This document shows positions 56,725 through 64,000 of a DNA stretch of 64,000 nucleotides, piece by piece. Source of the stretch: Lachnospiraceae bacterium (lineage in GTDB: Bacteria; Bacillota; Clostridia; Lachnospirales; Lachnospiraceae); NCBI GenBank assembly GCA_045543455.1, contig JAZQMK010000036.1, positions 3,849 to 67,848 on the forward strand, read 5' to 3'. Position 1 is the first letter of the stretch; the number at the start of each line of letters is the position of its first letter. The position numbers and the translations under genes were made by a program. The notes below the pieces were generated by a model. That model saw only the letters and a program-made list of their open reading frames with translations. It was not told where the DNA came from and made no database searches.

Positions 56725-57225
56725 ATGGCAAAAAAGGTCGCTCACTACTCAGTTCTTATTGCACTTGCTATGGTTATGAGTTATATAGAGGCTATGCTCC
56801 CTGTAAGCATAGGTGTTTACGGGGTCAAGCTTGGCCTTGCAAATGTTGTGGTCTTATTGGCTTTATATGAATATGGCTTTAAGGCTGCAACTTTTATAAG
56901 TCTTATACGAGTTTTTTTAGTAGGTATATTATTTGGAACAGGATACAGTATGCTTTTTAGTATGGCAGGTGGAATTTTAAGTTTGCTTATTATGGGCATT
57001 TTAAAAAAATTAAAGATTGGTTCCATTATAGGCGTTAGTATTATGGGCGCCGTATTTCATAATATGGGGCAGATTATCGTAGCGATTAGTTTATTAAATA
57101 TAAGCGTTATGTATTATTTGCCAATTCTTATTATTTCAGGTATTATAAGTGGTATTTTAGTTGGAATGATAAGTGGAATAGTAATAAAAAGAGTAAGAAG
57201 GTATATACAATGTTATCATTCATAA
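56725..57225 (+). CDS. Gx transporter family membrane protein (formerly heptaprenyl diphosphate synthase component I-like)
   Basis: Five hydrophobic helices. LGLANVVVLLAL and GAVFHNMGQI patterns. Confidence 0.7.
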   Translation: MAKKVAHYSVLIALAMVMSYIEAMLPVSIGVYGVKLGLANVVVLLALYEYGFKAATFISLIRVFLVGILFGTGYSMLFSMAGGILSLLIMGILKKLKIGSIIGVSIMGAVFHNMGQIIVAISLLNISVMYYLPILIISGIISGILVGMISGIVIKRVRRYIQCYHS

Positions 57226-57803
57226 AAGGTGAATTAGTAGAAATAATAAATGACACTATAGTAGTAGAGAATAATAATATGGGATTTAATATAAAGGTTC
57301 CATTGACATTGTTGTCAAACATACCTTCCGTAGGAAATCAGGTAAAAATATATACATTTATGTATGTAAGAGAAGACGATATAAGTCTGTATGGATTCTT
57401 AACAAGAGATGATTTGAACATTTTTAAGCAGTTGTTGACAGTTAATGGCATAGGTCCTAAAGGTGCATTAGCTATCTTGTCAACAATAACACCAAATGAT
57501 TTGCGCATGGCTATTTTAGCCTCAGATGCAAAATTTATATCAAGTGCACCAGGTATTGGAAGTAAAACAGCGCAAAAACTTATAATTGAATTGAAAGATA
57601 AGGTGTCGGTTACAAGTGGATATGAAGAATATTCTGCTAAAAATGCTGATACAGATATTGATGTTAAAAATGAGACAATAATGGCATTAGTTGCCTTAGG
57701 ATATAGTAGTACAGAAGCTGCTAAAGCAGTAAATGCAGTAGATAATAAAGAAAATCTTAATTCAGAAGCTATATTAAAACAAGCATTAAAAAAACTAATA
57801 TAG
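57210..57803 (+). CDS. ruvA: Holliday junction branch-migration complex subunit RuvA
   Basis: FIKGEL..., F..L..VNGIGPK.AL.ILS, and a second HhH GIG.KTA..L..EL. Confidence 0.95.
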   Translation: MLSFIKGELVEIINDTIVVENNNMGFNIKVPLTLLSNIPSVGNQVKIYTFMYVREDDISLYGFLTRDDLNIFKQLLTVNGIGPKGALAILSTITPNDLRMAILASDAKFISSAPGIGSKTAQKLIIELKDKVSVTSGYEEYSAKNADTDIDVKNETIMALVALGYSSTEAAKAVNAVDNKENLNSEAILKQALKKLI

Positions 57804-57816
57804 TTTAGGTGATTGT

Positions 57817-58815
57817 ATGGAAAAAAGAATAATAACTACAGAATTTATTGATGAAGATACAAAAATTGAAAATAATTTAAGACCAGAGGACTTAAACAGT
57901 TATATAGGTCAGGAAAAAGTAAAAGAGAATCTAAAAGTATATATTGAAGCAGCAAAATCAAGAGAAGATTCACTAGATCATGTGTTGTTTTATGGACCAC
58001 CAGGACTTGGAAAAACTACATTAGCGGGAATTATAGCCAATGAGATGGGGGTTAATATTAAGATAACTTCTGGTCCTGCAATAGAAAGACCAGGAGAGAT
58101 GGCAGCGATTCTTAATAACCTTTCACAGGGTGACGTATTATTTGTTGATGAAATACATAGACTTAACCGTCAGGTGGAAGAAGTGCTTTATCCAGCGATG
58201 GAAGATTATGCTATCGATATTATGATAGGTAAGGGACCGGCAGCTAAGTCAATAAGACTTGATTTGCCTAAATTTACACTTGTAGGAGCTACAACAAGAG
58301 CAGGTCTTTTAACAGCACCATTAAGAGATAGATTTGGCATAATTAGTAAATTAGAATTCTATACAGTTGATGAATTAAAGACGATTATTACCCGTTCTGC
58401 AAAGGTTCTAGGTGTAGAGATTTCTAATGAAGGCGCTTATGAATTAGCGAGACGTTCAAGAGGAACACCAAGACTTGCTAACAGATTACTAAAAAGAGTA
58501 AGAGATTTTGCACAGGTAAAATATGATGGTACGATAACAAAAGAAGTGGCAGATTATGCATTAGATTTACTAGATGTAGATAAATTTGGACTTGATAAAA
58601 ATGACAGGTTGATTTTAAGTTCAATTATTGAAAAATATGCAGGTGGACCTGTTGGTATAGACACACTTGCTACTTCCTTAGGCGAAGATGTTGCTACAGT
58701 TGAAGATGTATATGAGCCATATTTAATACAAAATGGATTTATAGTAAGAACACCAAGAGGTCGTATGGTAACCGATATGGCATATGCACATCTTGGTATT
58801 GAAAAGAACTGTTAA
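57817..58815 (+). CDS. ruvB: Holliday junction DNA helicase RuvB
   Basis: [25 protein letters not shown] and RGTPR.ANRLL. Confidence 0.95.
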   Translation: MEKRIITTEFIDEDTKIENNLRPEDLNSYIGQEKVKENLKVYIEAAKSREDSLDHVLFYGPPGLGKTTLAGIIANEMGVNIKITSGPAIERPGEMAAILNNLSQGDVLFVDEIHRLNRQVEEVLYPAMEDYAIDIMIGKGPAAKSIRLDLPKFTLVGATTRAGLLTAPLRDRFGIISKLEFYTVDELKTIITRSAKVLGVEISNEGAYELARRSRGTPRLANRLLKRVRDFAQVKYDGTITKEVADYALDLLDVDKFGLDKNDRLILSSIIEKYAGGPVGIDTLATSLGEDVATVEDVYEPYLIQNGFIVRTPRGRMVTDMAYAHLGIEKNC

Positions 58816-58867
58816 AATATAATAATGTGTGTTATAATTAATAAAAATATAAGAAACGGAGACAGGT

Positions 58868-59275
58868 ATGGCAGGAAAAAATAATACAGAAGTAGTAATT
58901 GATGGAAGAGTGTATACTTTATGTGGCTACGAAAGTGAAGAATACTTACAGAAGGTAGCAAGCTACATAAATAATAAAATTGCAGAAGTAAAGCAATCAG
59001 ATAATTTTAGAAAGCAGCCTGTTGATATTCAGGAGATGCTTATTCAGATTAATCTTGCTGACGAGTATTTTAAGATTAAAAAGCTTACAGATTCATTAGA
59101 GAGTGAAGTAACATCTAAAGATAAAGAAATCTATGATTTAAAGCATGAGATGATAGCAGCACAGATTAAGATTGATTCGTTAGAACAGGAGATTAAAAGC
59201 CTACAGGACAGTATTACAAACTATCAAAAAAGTATAGTACGCCTGGAAACAGAGCTTTCAGATATGCAAAAATGA
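58868..59275 (+). CDS. zapA: Cell division protein ZapA
   Basis: VVIDGRVYTL.G.ESEEYLQKVA.YIN.K, then a coiled coil. Confidence 0.8.
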   Translation: MAGKNNTEVVIDGRVYTLCGYESEEYLQKVASYINNKIAEVKQSDNFRKQPVDIQEMLIQINLADEYFKIKKLTDSLESEVTSKDKEIYDLKHEMIAAQIKIDSLEQEIKSLQDSITNYQKSIVRLETELSDMQK

Positions 59276-61554
59276 TTAAAAATGTAGAGATTTTGGCCCC
59301 AGCGGGCTCATATAAAAATTTCATAGCTGCGATTAATGCAGGAGCTGATGCGGTATACTTAGGCGGCGATATGTTTGGAGCAAGAGCATATGCTAATAAT
59401 TTCACAAAAGAAGAGATTATTAAAGCTATTGAGGTTGCACATCTTTATGGCCGCAAGGTGTATCTGACAGTAAACACCTTACTGAAAAATAAAGAGATAG
59501 AAAGGCATTTATATGATTATATTATGCCTTTGTATCAGGCATCTTTAGATGCTGTAATTGTTCAGGATATGGGTGTTTTTTTATTTTTAAAGGATAATTT
59601 TCCAGGGCTTTCAATACACGCAAGTACACAAATGACTTTAACAGGAGCAAATGGAGTTAAAATGTTAAAGGATTTAGGGGCAACAAGAATAGTAACAGCA
59701 CGAGAGTTAAGTCTTGATGAAATTAAAAGCATACATAAAAATGTGGATGTTGAAATAGAAAGCTTCGTTCACGGTGCCCTTTGTTATTGTTATTCAGGAC
59801 AATGTCTTTTTTCGAGTCTTATAGGTCAAAGAAGCGGTAATAGAGGAAGATGTGCACAGCCATGCAGACTTATGTATTCTTTAAATAAGGAAAGTAAGTA
59901 TTATTTAAGTCCTAAAGATATGTGTAGTCTTCATATTTTGCCAGATATTTTAGAGGCAGGAGTCTATTCCTTAAAAATAGAAGGTCGTATGAAGAGTGCA
60001 GAGTATACTGCATTGGTTACATCTATTTATCGTAAATATGTAGATTTATATTTAGAAAAAGGTAAGGAAGGCTATAAAGTCGATGAAGCTGATGTTGAAA
60101 AGCTTATGGATATTTTTAACAGAGGTAATTTTACTAAGGGATATTATGTTCAAAAGAACGGTTCGGATATGCTTTCTTTAAAAAGACCAAATCACCAAGG
60201 TGTGAAAATTGGTGAGATTAAAAATATATCAGCTAATAATCTTAAACTGAAGCTTAATAAGAATCTTAATAAGTTTGATGTTTTAGAGATTAGCGAAGAA
60301 TATACACATACAGTAAAAGAAGCAATTAATAAAGGCTCAATAGTAGATATAAAACTACCTAAAACTGTTAAGTTAAACAATGTATCAAATATTTATCGTA
60401 CAAGAAATAACAAGCTTATTGAAGATATAGAAAGGGATATTATTCAAAAGTCATTAAAGCTAGATATTAATGGAAGCCTAAGAGCTATTTTGAATGAGCC
60501 TTTAAGTTTTAGTGTAAGCTATTTAGATAAAGAAATTACATTAGAATCAGAGATAGTAGGTGCGGCAATTAGTCAGTCTGCAACAGTTGATGGCATAAAG
60601 AAACAACTGTTAAAAACTGGCGACACACCATTTACATTTGCAAAATTGGATATAAATATGTCTGATAATATATTTATACCTAATCAACAGTTAAATGCCA
60701 TAAGAAGAGAAGCACTACAAAGACTATATGACGAGCTTACTGTTGTAAATGATGTAATAATAAATAAAACTGAATATTTATTTGAAAAGGATTCGGATAT
60801 TAAACCTAATATTAATGTACTTTTGTTAAATCCGGATTATATATCAGTTGTATTAGAATATGAATTTGTAAGAAGAATTTATTTGGAATGTGAAAAGCTT
60901 GATATAAATAAATTAGACAGCTATAAAAAGCAGTGTAATGATAAAAATGTAGAGTTATTTATTGCATTACCATATATTTTACGTCATGGAACTGAAATTT
61001 TAGATGAATATGAGCTTCATAAGCCGGATGGATATCTGGTTCGTAATTATGAAGAAATGTCATATTTACTTTCTAAAAAATGTAAAATTGTTACAGACAC
61101 TACAATGCATGTAATGAATGATTATTCAATACAAGCACTTAAAAATATGGGTGTTGCTGATATCACATATTCATTGGAGCTAAATTATAATGAATTAAGG
61201 CATTTAAGACAAGCAGGAGAATTAGTAGTATATTCTTATATACCATTGATGATTAGTGCCCAGTGTATTAATAAAACAGCTTATTATTGTGATGGTAATG
61301 AAAAAATATTAGTTTTAAAAGACAGATATAGCAAGGAATTCAAAGTGCGAAATGTATGTAAATATTGTTATAATATTATATATAATAGTCTTCCAATGCA
61401 ACTTCTAGACAGGAAAGACAAGCTTATGGATATAAATTGCAAAGCTATAAGATATGATTTTATATTTGAAAATGAAGCTCAGATTAGGGCAATTCTTGAA
61501 AATAAAGGGATTGGTGAATATACCAGAGGTCATTTTGAACGTGGTGTTGAATAA
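59272..61554 (+). CDS. Peptidase U32 family protein (long, DUF3656-containing form)
   Basis: EILAPAGS......A...GADAVY.GG..FGAR, ARELSL.EI, E.FVHGALC..YSG.C..SS and GRSGNRG.C.QPCR motifs. ATGA overlap with zapA. Confidence 0.9.
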   Translation: MIKNVEILAPAGSYKNFIAAINAGADAVYLGGDMFGARAYANNFTKEEIIKAIEVAHLYGRKVYLTVNTLLKNKEIERHLYDYIMPLYQASLDAVIVQDMGVFLFLKDNFPGLSIHASTQMTLTGANGVKMLKDLGATRIVTARELSLDEIKSIHKNVDVEIESFVHGALCYCYSGQCLFSSLIGQRSGNRGRCAQPCRLMYSLNKESKYYLSPKDMCSLHILPDILEAGVYSLKIEGRMKSAEYTALVTSIYRKYVDLYLEKGKEGYKVDEADVEKLMDIFNRGNFTKGYYVQKNGSDMLSLKRPNHQGVKIGEIKNISANNLKLKLNKNLNKFDVLEISEEYTHTVKEAINKGSIVDIKLPKTVKLNNVSNIYRTRNNKLIEDIERDIIQKSLKLDINGSLRAILNEPLSFSVSYLDKEITLESEIVGAAISQSATVDGIKKQLLKTGDTPFTFAKLDINMSDNIFIPNQQLNAIRREALQRLYDELTVVNDVIINKTEYLFEKDSDIKPNINVLLLNPDYISVVLEYEFVRRIYLECEKLDINKLDSYKKQCNDKNVELFIALPYILRHGTEILDEYELHKPDGYLVRNYEEMSYLLSKKCKIVTDTTMHVMNDYSIQALKNMGVADITYSLELNYNELRHLRQAGELVVYSYIPLMISAQCINKTAYYCDGNEKILVLKDRYSKEFKVRNVCKYCYNIIYNSLPMQLLDRKDKLMDINCKAIRYDFIFENEAQIRAILENKGIGEYTRGHFERGVE

Positions 61555-61634
61555 ATTTTACTTGCTAACTTTAAAGAAAAGGAGTATACTATTACTAATT
61601 GTACAACACACACTATTAAACAGGAGGATATGCG

Positions 61635-62087
61635 ATGTTAGAAGCAACAAGCTGTGGTGGTGTGGTTATTTTTAGAGGCAAGATACTTCTTCTTTACAAG
61701 AATTATAAGAATAGGTATGAAGGCTGGGTTCTCCCAAAAGGAACAGTAGAAGAGGGAGAAGAATATAAAGAGACTGCAGCACGTGAAGTTAAGGAGGAAT
61801 CCGGAGTTAGTGCTAAGATTATGAAATACGTAGGTAAAAGTGAATATGTATTTAGTACTAGCGAGGACGTGGTTAATAAGACAGTACACTGGTATCTTAT
61901 GATGGCTAATAATTATTATAGTAAGCCACAACAGGAAGAATTTTTTGTTGATTCAGGCTACTATAAGTACCATGAGGCATATCATTTATTAAAATTCCCT
62001 AATGAGAAGCAGATACTTGAAAAAGCATATGCAGAATATTTAGACTTAAAAGCAAGCAATATGTGGGGTAATAAAAAGTTTTATTAA
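61635..62087 (+). CDS. NUDIX hydrolase
   Basis: Nudix box W.LPKG.VE.GE...ETAAREV.EESGV. Confidence 0.85.
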   Translation: MLEATSCGGVVIFRGKILLLYKNYKNRYEGWVLPKGTVEEGEEYKETAAREVKEESGVSAKIMKYVGKSEYVFSTSEDVVNKTVHWYLMMANNYYSKPQQEEFFVDSGYYKYHEAYHLLKFPNEKQILEKAYAEYLDLKASNMWGNKKFY

Positions 62088-62100
62088 TTTCATGATTATT

Positions 62101-62127
62101 AACAGGCATTTATAATGCCTGTTTTTT
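62101..62127 (+). terminator. Rho-independent terminator after the NUDIX gene
   Basis: 10-bp stem aacaggcatt / aatgcctgtt, 3-nt loop, then a T-run. Confidence 0.8.
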
Positions 62128-62143
62128 ATTATTTAAAAACCAA

Positions 62144-62172
62144 CAAAAAAGAGCTCACTAACTGTGAGCTCT
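62144..62172 (-). terminator. Rho-independent terminator downstream of tRNA-Leu (minus strand)
   Basis: 9-bp stem agagctcac / gtgagctct. On the minus strand it is followed by TTTTTTGTTG. Confidence 0.8.
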
Positions 62173-62176
62173 TTAA

Positions 62177-62259
62177 TGCGGATAGAGGGACTCGAACCCT
62201 CACGAGGTCACCCCCGGCAGATTTTGAGTCTGCTGCGTCTGCCATTCCGCCACATCCGC
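62177..62259 (-). tRNA. tRNA-Leu (anticodon CAA), 83 nt, no encoded CCA
   Basis: The reverse complement folds as a cloverleaf: acceptor gcggatg/tatccgc, D-loop with GG, anticodon arm gcaga-ctCAAaa-tctgc, long variable arm (class II) and T-arm gaggg-ttcgagt-ccctc. Discriminator A is followed by TTAA, not CCA. Confidence 0.9.
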
Positions 62260-62450
62260 GAACAAATGATATTATATCATTTGAAGAAAATTGTGTCAAT
62301 ACTATTATTTAGTTTTTCGCTAGCAGTTGCCATTAAGATGATGAAGATAAATGTAATAATAGACAATATAACATATAAGACCTGTAAACAAAAAAAGTTG
62401 AATAAGTGGTAAAAATATTTCATATATTTGAGAGAAAGGAGCAGGAAATT

Positions 62451-63365
62451 ATGGACAAGAAGGAAGAAATATTACGATTGTTACCAACGGATTTAAGAAA
62501 ATTAATTTTAAAATTGAATATTAATTTCGAAAAATTATGTGAAATACGATTACGTATAAATAAGCCTGCGATTTTAGTATATGGCAATAAACAGTATTTT
62601 ATAACAGATAACGGGCTATTTGAAAAATTAGTTAAAGATACATATGTGGCTACAAAAACGACAATAAAAGAGGCATTAGAATATATAAGCAATTATTCAT
62701 TATATGCTTTTGAGGAAGAGATTCGACAAGGCTTTATTACTGTTAATGGTGGTCATAGAATTGGATTATGTGGTAAAACAGTTTTGGAAAATGAGAATGT
62801 CAAAACAATTAAAAATATTTCATATATTAATATTCGAGTAGCTCATGAGATAAAGGGCTGTGGAAATAGAATTATTAAATATATAAATATGAAAAATAAG
62901 CTATTAAATACTTTAATTATTTCACCACCAGGTTGCGGAAAAACAACTTTACTAAGGGATATAGTAAGGCAACTGTCAGATGAGCGATATATGTGTGGTA
63001 TAGTTGATGAACGTTCAGAAATAGCTGCCTGCTATTTAGGTGTGGCCCAAAATGATGTAGGGATTCGTACAGATGTAATTGACTGCTGTCCAAAAACAGA
63101 AGGCATGCTTATGCTTATTCGTTCCATGGCCCCGGATCTTATAGCCGTGGATGAAATTGGCAAAAAAGAAGATATTGAGGCTTTGAAATATGTTATTAAT
63201 TCAGGGTGTGTAATATTGGCTACAATTCATGGTTTAAACATTGAGGATATAATAAGTAAAACTCATATTAATGGTATGTTTAAAAGATATATAGTTTTAT
63301 CGAAGGAAAATGGTGTGGGAAATATAGATGCTGTATATGATGAGAATTTTCAAAAAATAGGGTGA
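62451..63365 (+). CDS. spoIIIAA: Stage III sporulation protein AA (ATPase)
   Basis: EIRLR...P, Walker A ISPPGCGKTTLLRD, Walker B AVDEIG. ATG at 62451 after AAAGGAG. Confidence 0.9.
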   Translation: MDKKEEILRLLPTDLRKLILKLNINFEKLCEIRLRINKPAILVYGNKQYFITDNGLFEKLVKDTYVATKTTIKEALEYISNYSLYAFEEEIRQGFITVNGGHRIGLCGKTVLENENVKTIKNISYINIRVAHEIKGCGNRIIKYINMKNKLLNTLIISPPGCGKTTLLRDIVRQLSDERYMCGIVDERSEIAACYLGVAQNDVGIRTDVIDCCPKTEGMLMLIRSMAPDLIAVDEIGKKEDIEALKYVINSGCVILATIHGLNIEDIISKTHINGMFKRYIVLSKENGVGNIDAVYDENFQKIG

Positions 63366-63369
63366 AGAT

Positions 63370-63888
63370 ATGTTAAAAATAATAGGGGCAGGAATGATTA
63401 TTGCAGCAGGATATTTATATGGCTGTAATAAGGGAAATAAACTTAAATTAAGGCTTGAAGCATTAAAACAGCTTAAAAAGAATTTGTATATAACAGCAAA
63501 TCATATAAGCTATTCAAGGATGTCTTTAGGGGAAGCATTTTATGAACTGTCATTTAGGTGTGGTGACATTTTTAAAGAATTTTTTAAAGCTATTGCCATA
63601 GATATAGATAGCTTAGACAAGAAAAATATCAGAGAAATATTTGATAAAAATATTGATTTATATTTAAAAGATAGCTGTTTTAATCATGAGGATATGGAAA
63701 AACTAAAAGAATTTGCAAATATTTTAGGGTATCAGGATGTTGAACTACAGGAAAATAATATAAAGCTATATTTAAGTCAGTTAGAGACTGATATAGAAGA
63801 GCTAAGTAAAAGAATAAAAGAGGAATGTAAGGTATATAAATGTTTATATACAACCATATGTATATTTATTACGATTGTGATTATCTAA
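63370..63888 (+). CDS. spoIIIAB: Stage III sporulation protein AB
   Basis: MLKIIGAGMIIAAGYLYG N-terminal TM. Size and position after spoIIIAA fit. C-terminal TM. Confidence 0.85.
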   Translation: MLKIIGAGMIIAAGYLYGCNKGNKLKLRLEALKQLKKNLYITANHISYSRMSLGEAFYELSFRCGDIFKEFFKAIAIDIDSLDKKNIREIFDKNIDLYLKDSCFNHEDMEKLKEFANILGYQDVELQENNIKLYLSQLETDIEELSKRIKEECKVYKCLYTTICIFITIVII

Positions 63889-63915
63889 AAAGAGGTGGGT
63901 ATTGTGGAAGTAAAT

Positions 63916-64000
63916 ATGATATTTAAGATTGCAGCAGTAGGAATAGTTGTGTCAATCATAAATCAGGTTTTAAAACATAGTGGTAGAGACGACCAGGCAT
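63916..64000 (+). CDS. spoIIIAC: Stage III sporulation protein AC (5' part, runs off the window)
   Basis: MIFKIAAVGIVVSIINQVLKHSGRDDQA matches the conserved SpoIIIAC N-terminus. Confidence 0.8.
   Translation, partial: MIFKIAAVGIVVSIINQVLKHSGRDDQA

Noticed and set aside
62115-62412. ORFs 62115..62312 and 62164..62412.
   Set aside because: They run across the tRNA-Leu gene and its terminator on the opposite strand, so they are artefacts.
62400-62430. Possible sigma-E/sigma-G-type sporulation promoter upstream of spoIIIAA (catatatt as a -10-like element).
   Set aside because: The -35 region does not match convincingly, and AT-rich sequence gives many such partial matches. Not reported as a feature.
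36136-62450. N-terminal extensions in the ORF track (36136, 40158, 41627, 42424, 45462, 48214, 49363, 52732, 53624, 54273, 56306, 62406; also 10017, 11127, 12930, 17661, 35223, 35862).
   Set aside because: In each case an internal start is preceded by a better-spaced SD and gives the canonical family N-terminus. Several extensions overlap upstream genes or terminators. The start calls remain predictions.

Overview
AT-rich, tightly packed chromosome segment from a low-GC Firmicute of class Clostridia. The Rnf complex, spoIIIA operon, remA, rqcH and a Na+-decarboxylase cluster point to an endospore-forming anaerobe; the exact taxon cannot be assigned from here. The window has two parts.

(1) 1-22.97 kb looks accessory.
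- Three paralogous giant secreted proteins (452-4585, 4734-8696, 19129-21261) combine papain-fold Cys/His domains, Big_2 Ig domains and five Y_Y_Y-like repeats. The first two share a ~1.5 kb near-identical 3' module.
- A gene train at 9.0-16.8 kb holds a duplicated pair (cytoplasmic BspA-type LRR protein plus polytopic membrane protein) with an HTH protein, an ASCH protein, a PPP-family phosphoesterase, an orphan DnaA-domain-IV protein and a small protein. From the ASCH gene (11136) on, no terminator is recognisable. I consider this the best candidate for an undescribed system, but its function cannot be read from the sequence.
- A decayed integrative island sits in the 3' end of tatD (about 17.45-22.94 kb). 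It is marked by a displaced, frameshifted tatD 3' remnant, a truncated tyrosine-integrase remnant, rhuM and a frameshifted peptidase S51 gene.

(2) 22.99-64 kb is core housekeeping: lipoprotein trigger-factor-like PPIase, giant double-activase protein, pyk, an Rpn-family nuclease, rqcH, yicC-remA-gmk-rpoZ, an ABC-2 exporter, Cof phosphatase, DD-carboxypeptidase, a five-gene biotin/Na+ decarboxylase cluster carrying both a 12S-type and a 5S-type carboxyltransferase, a cmk-ispH fusion, rpsA, cheR, rnfCDGEAB, ruvAB, zapA, U32 peptidase, NUDIX, tRNA-Leu(CAA) and spoIIIAA-AC.

No CRISPR array, rRNA, intact transposase or prophage structural genes were seen. All family calls come from motif recognition by eye; none has been confirmed by HMM or BLAST.
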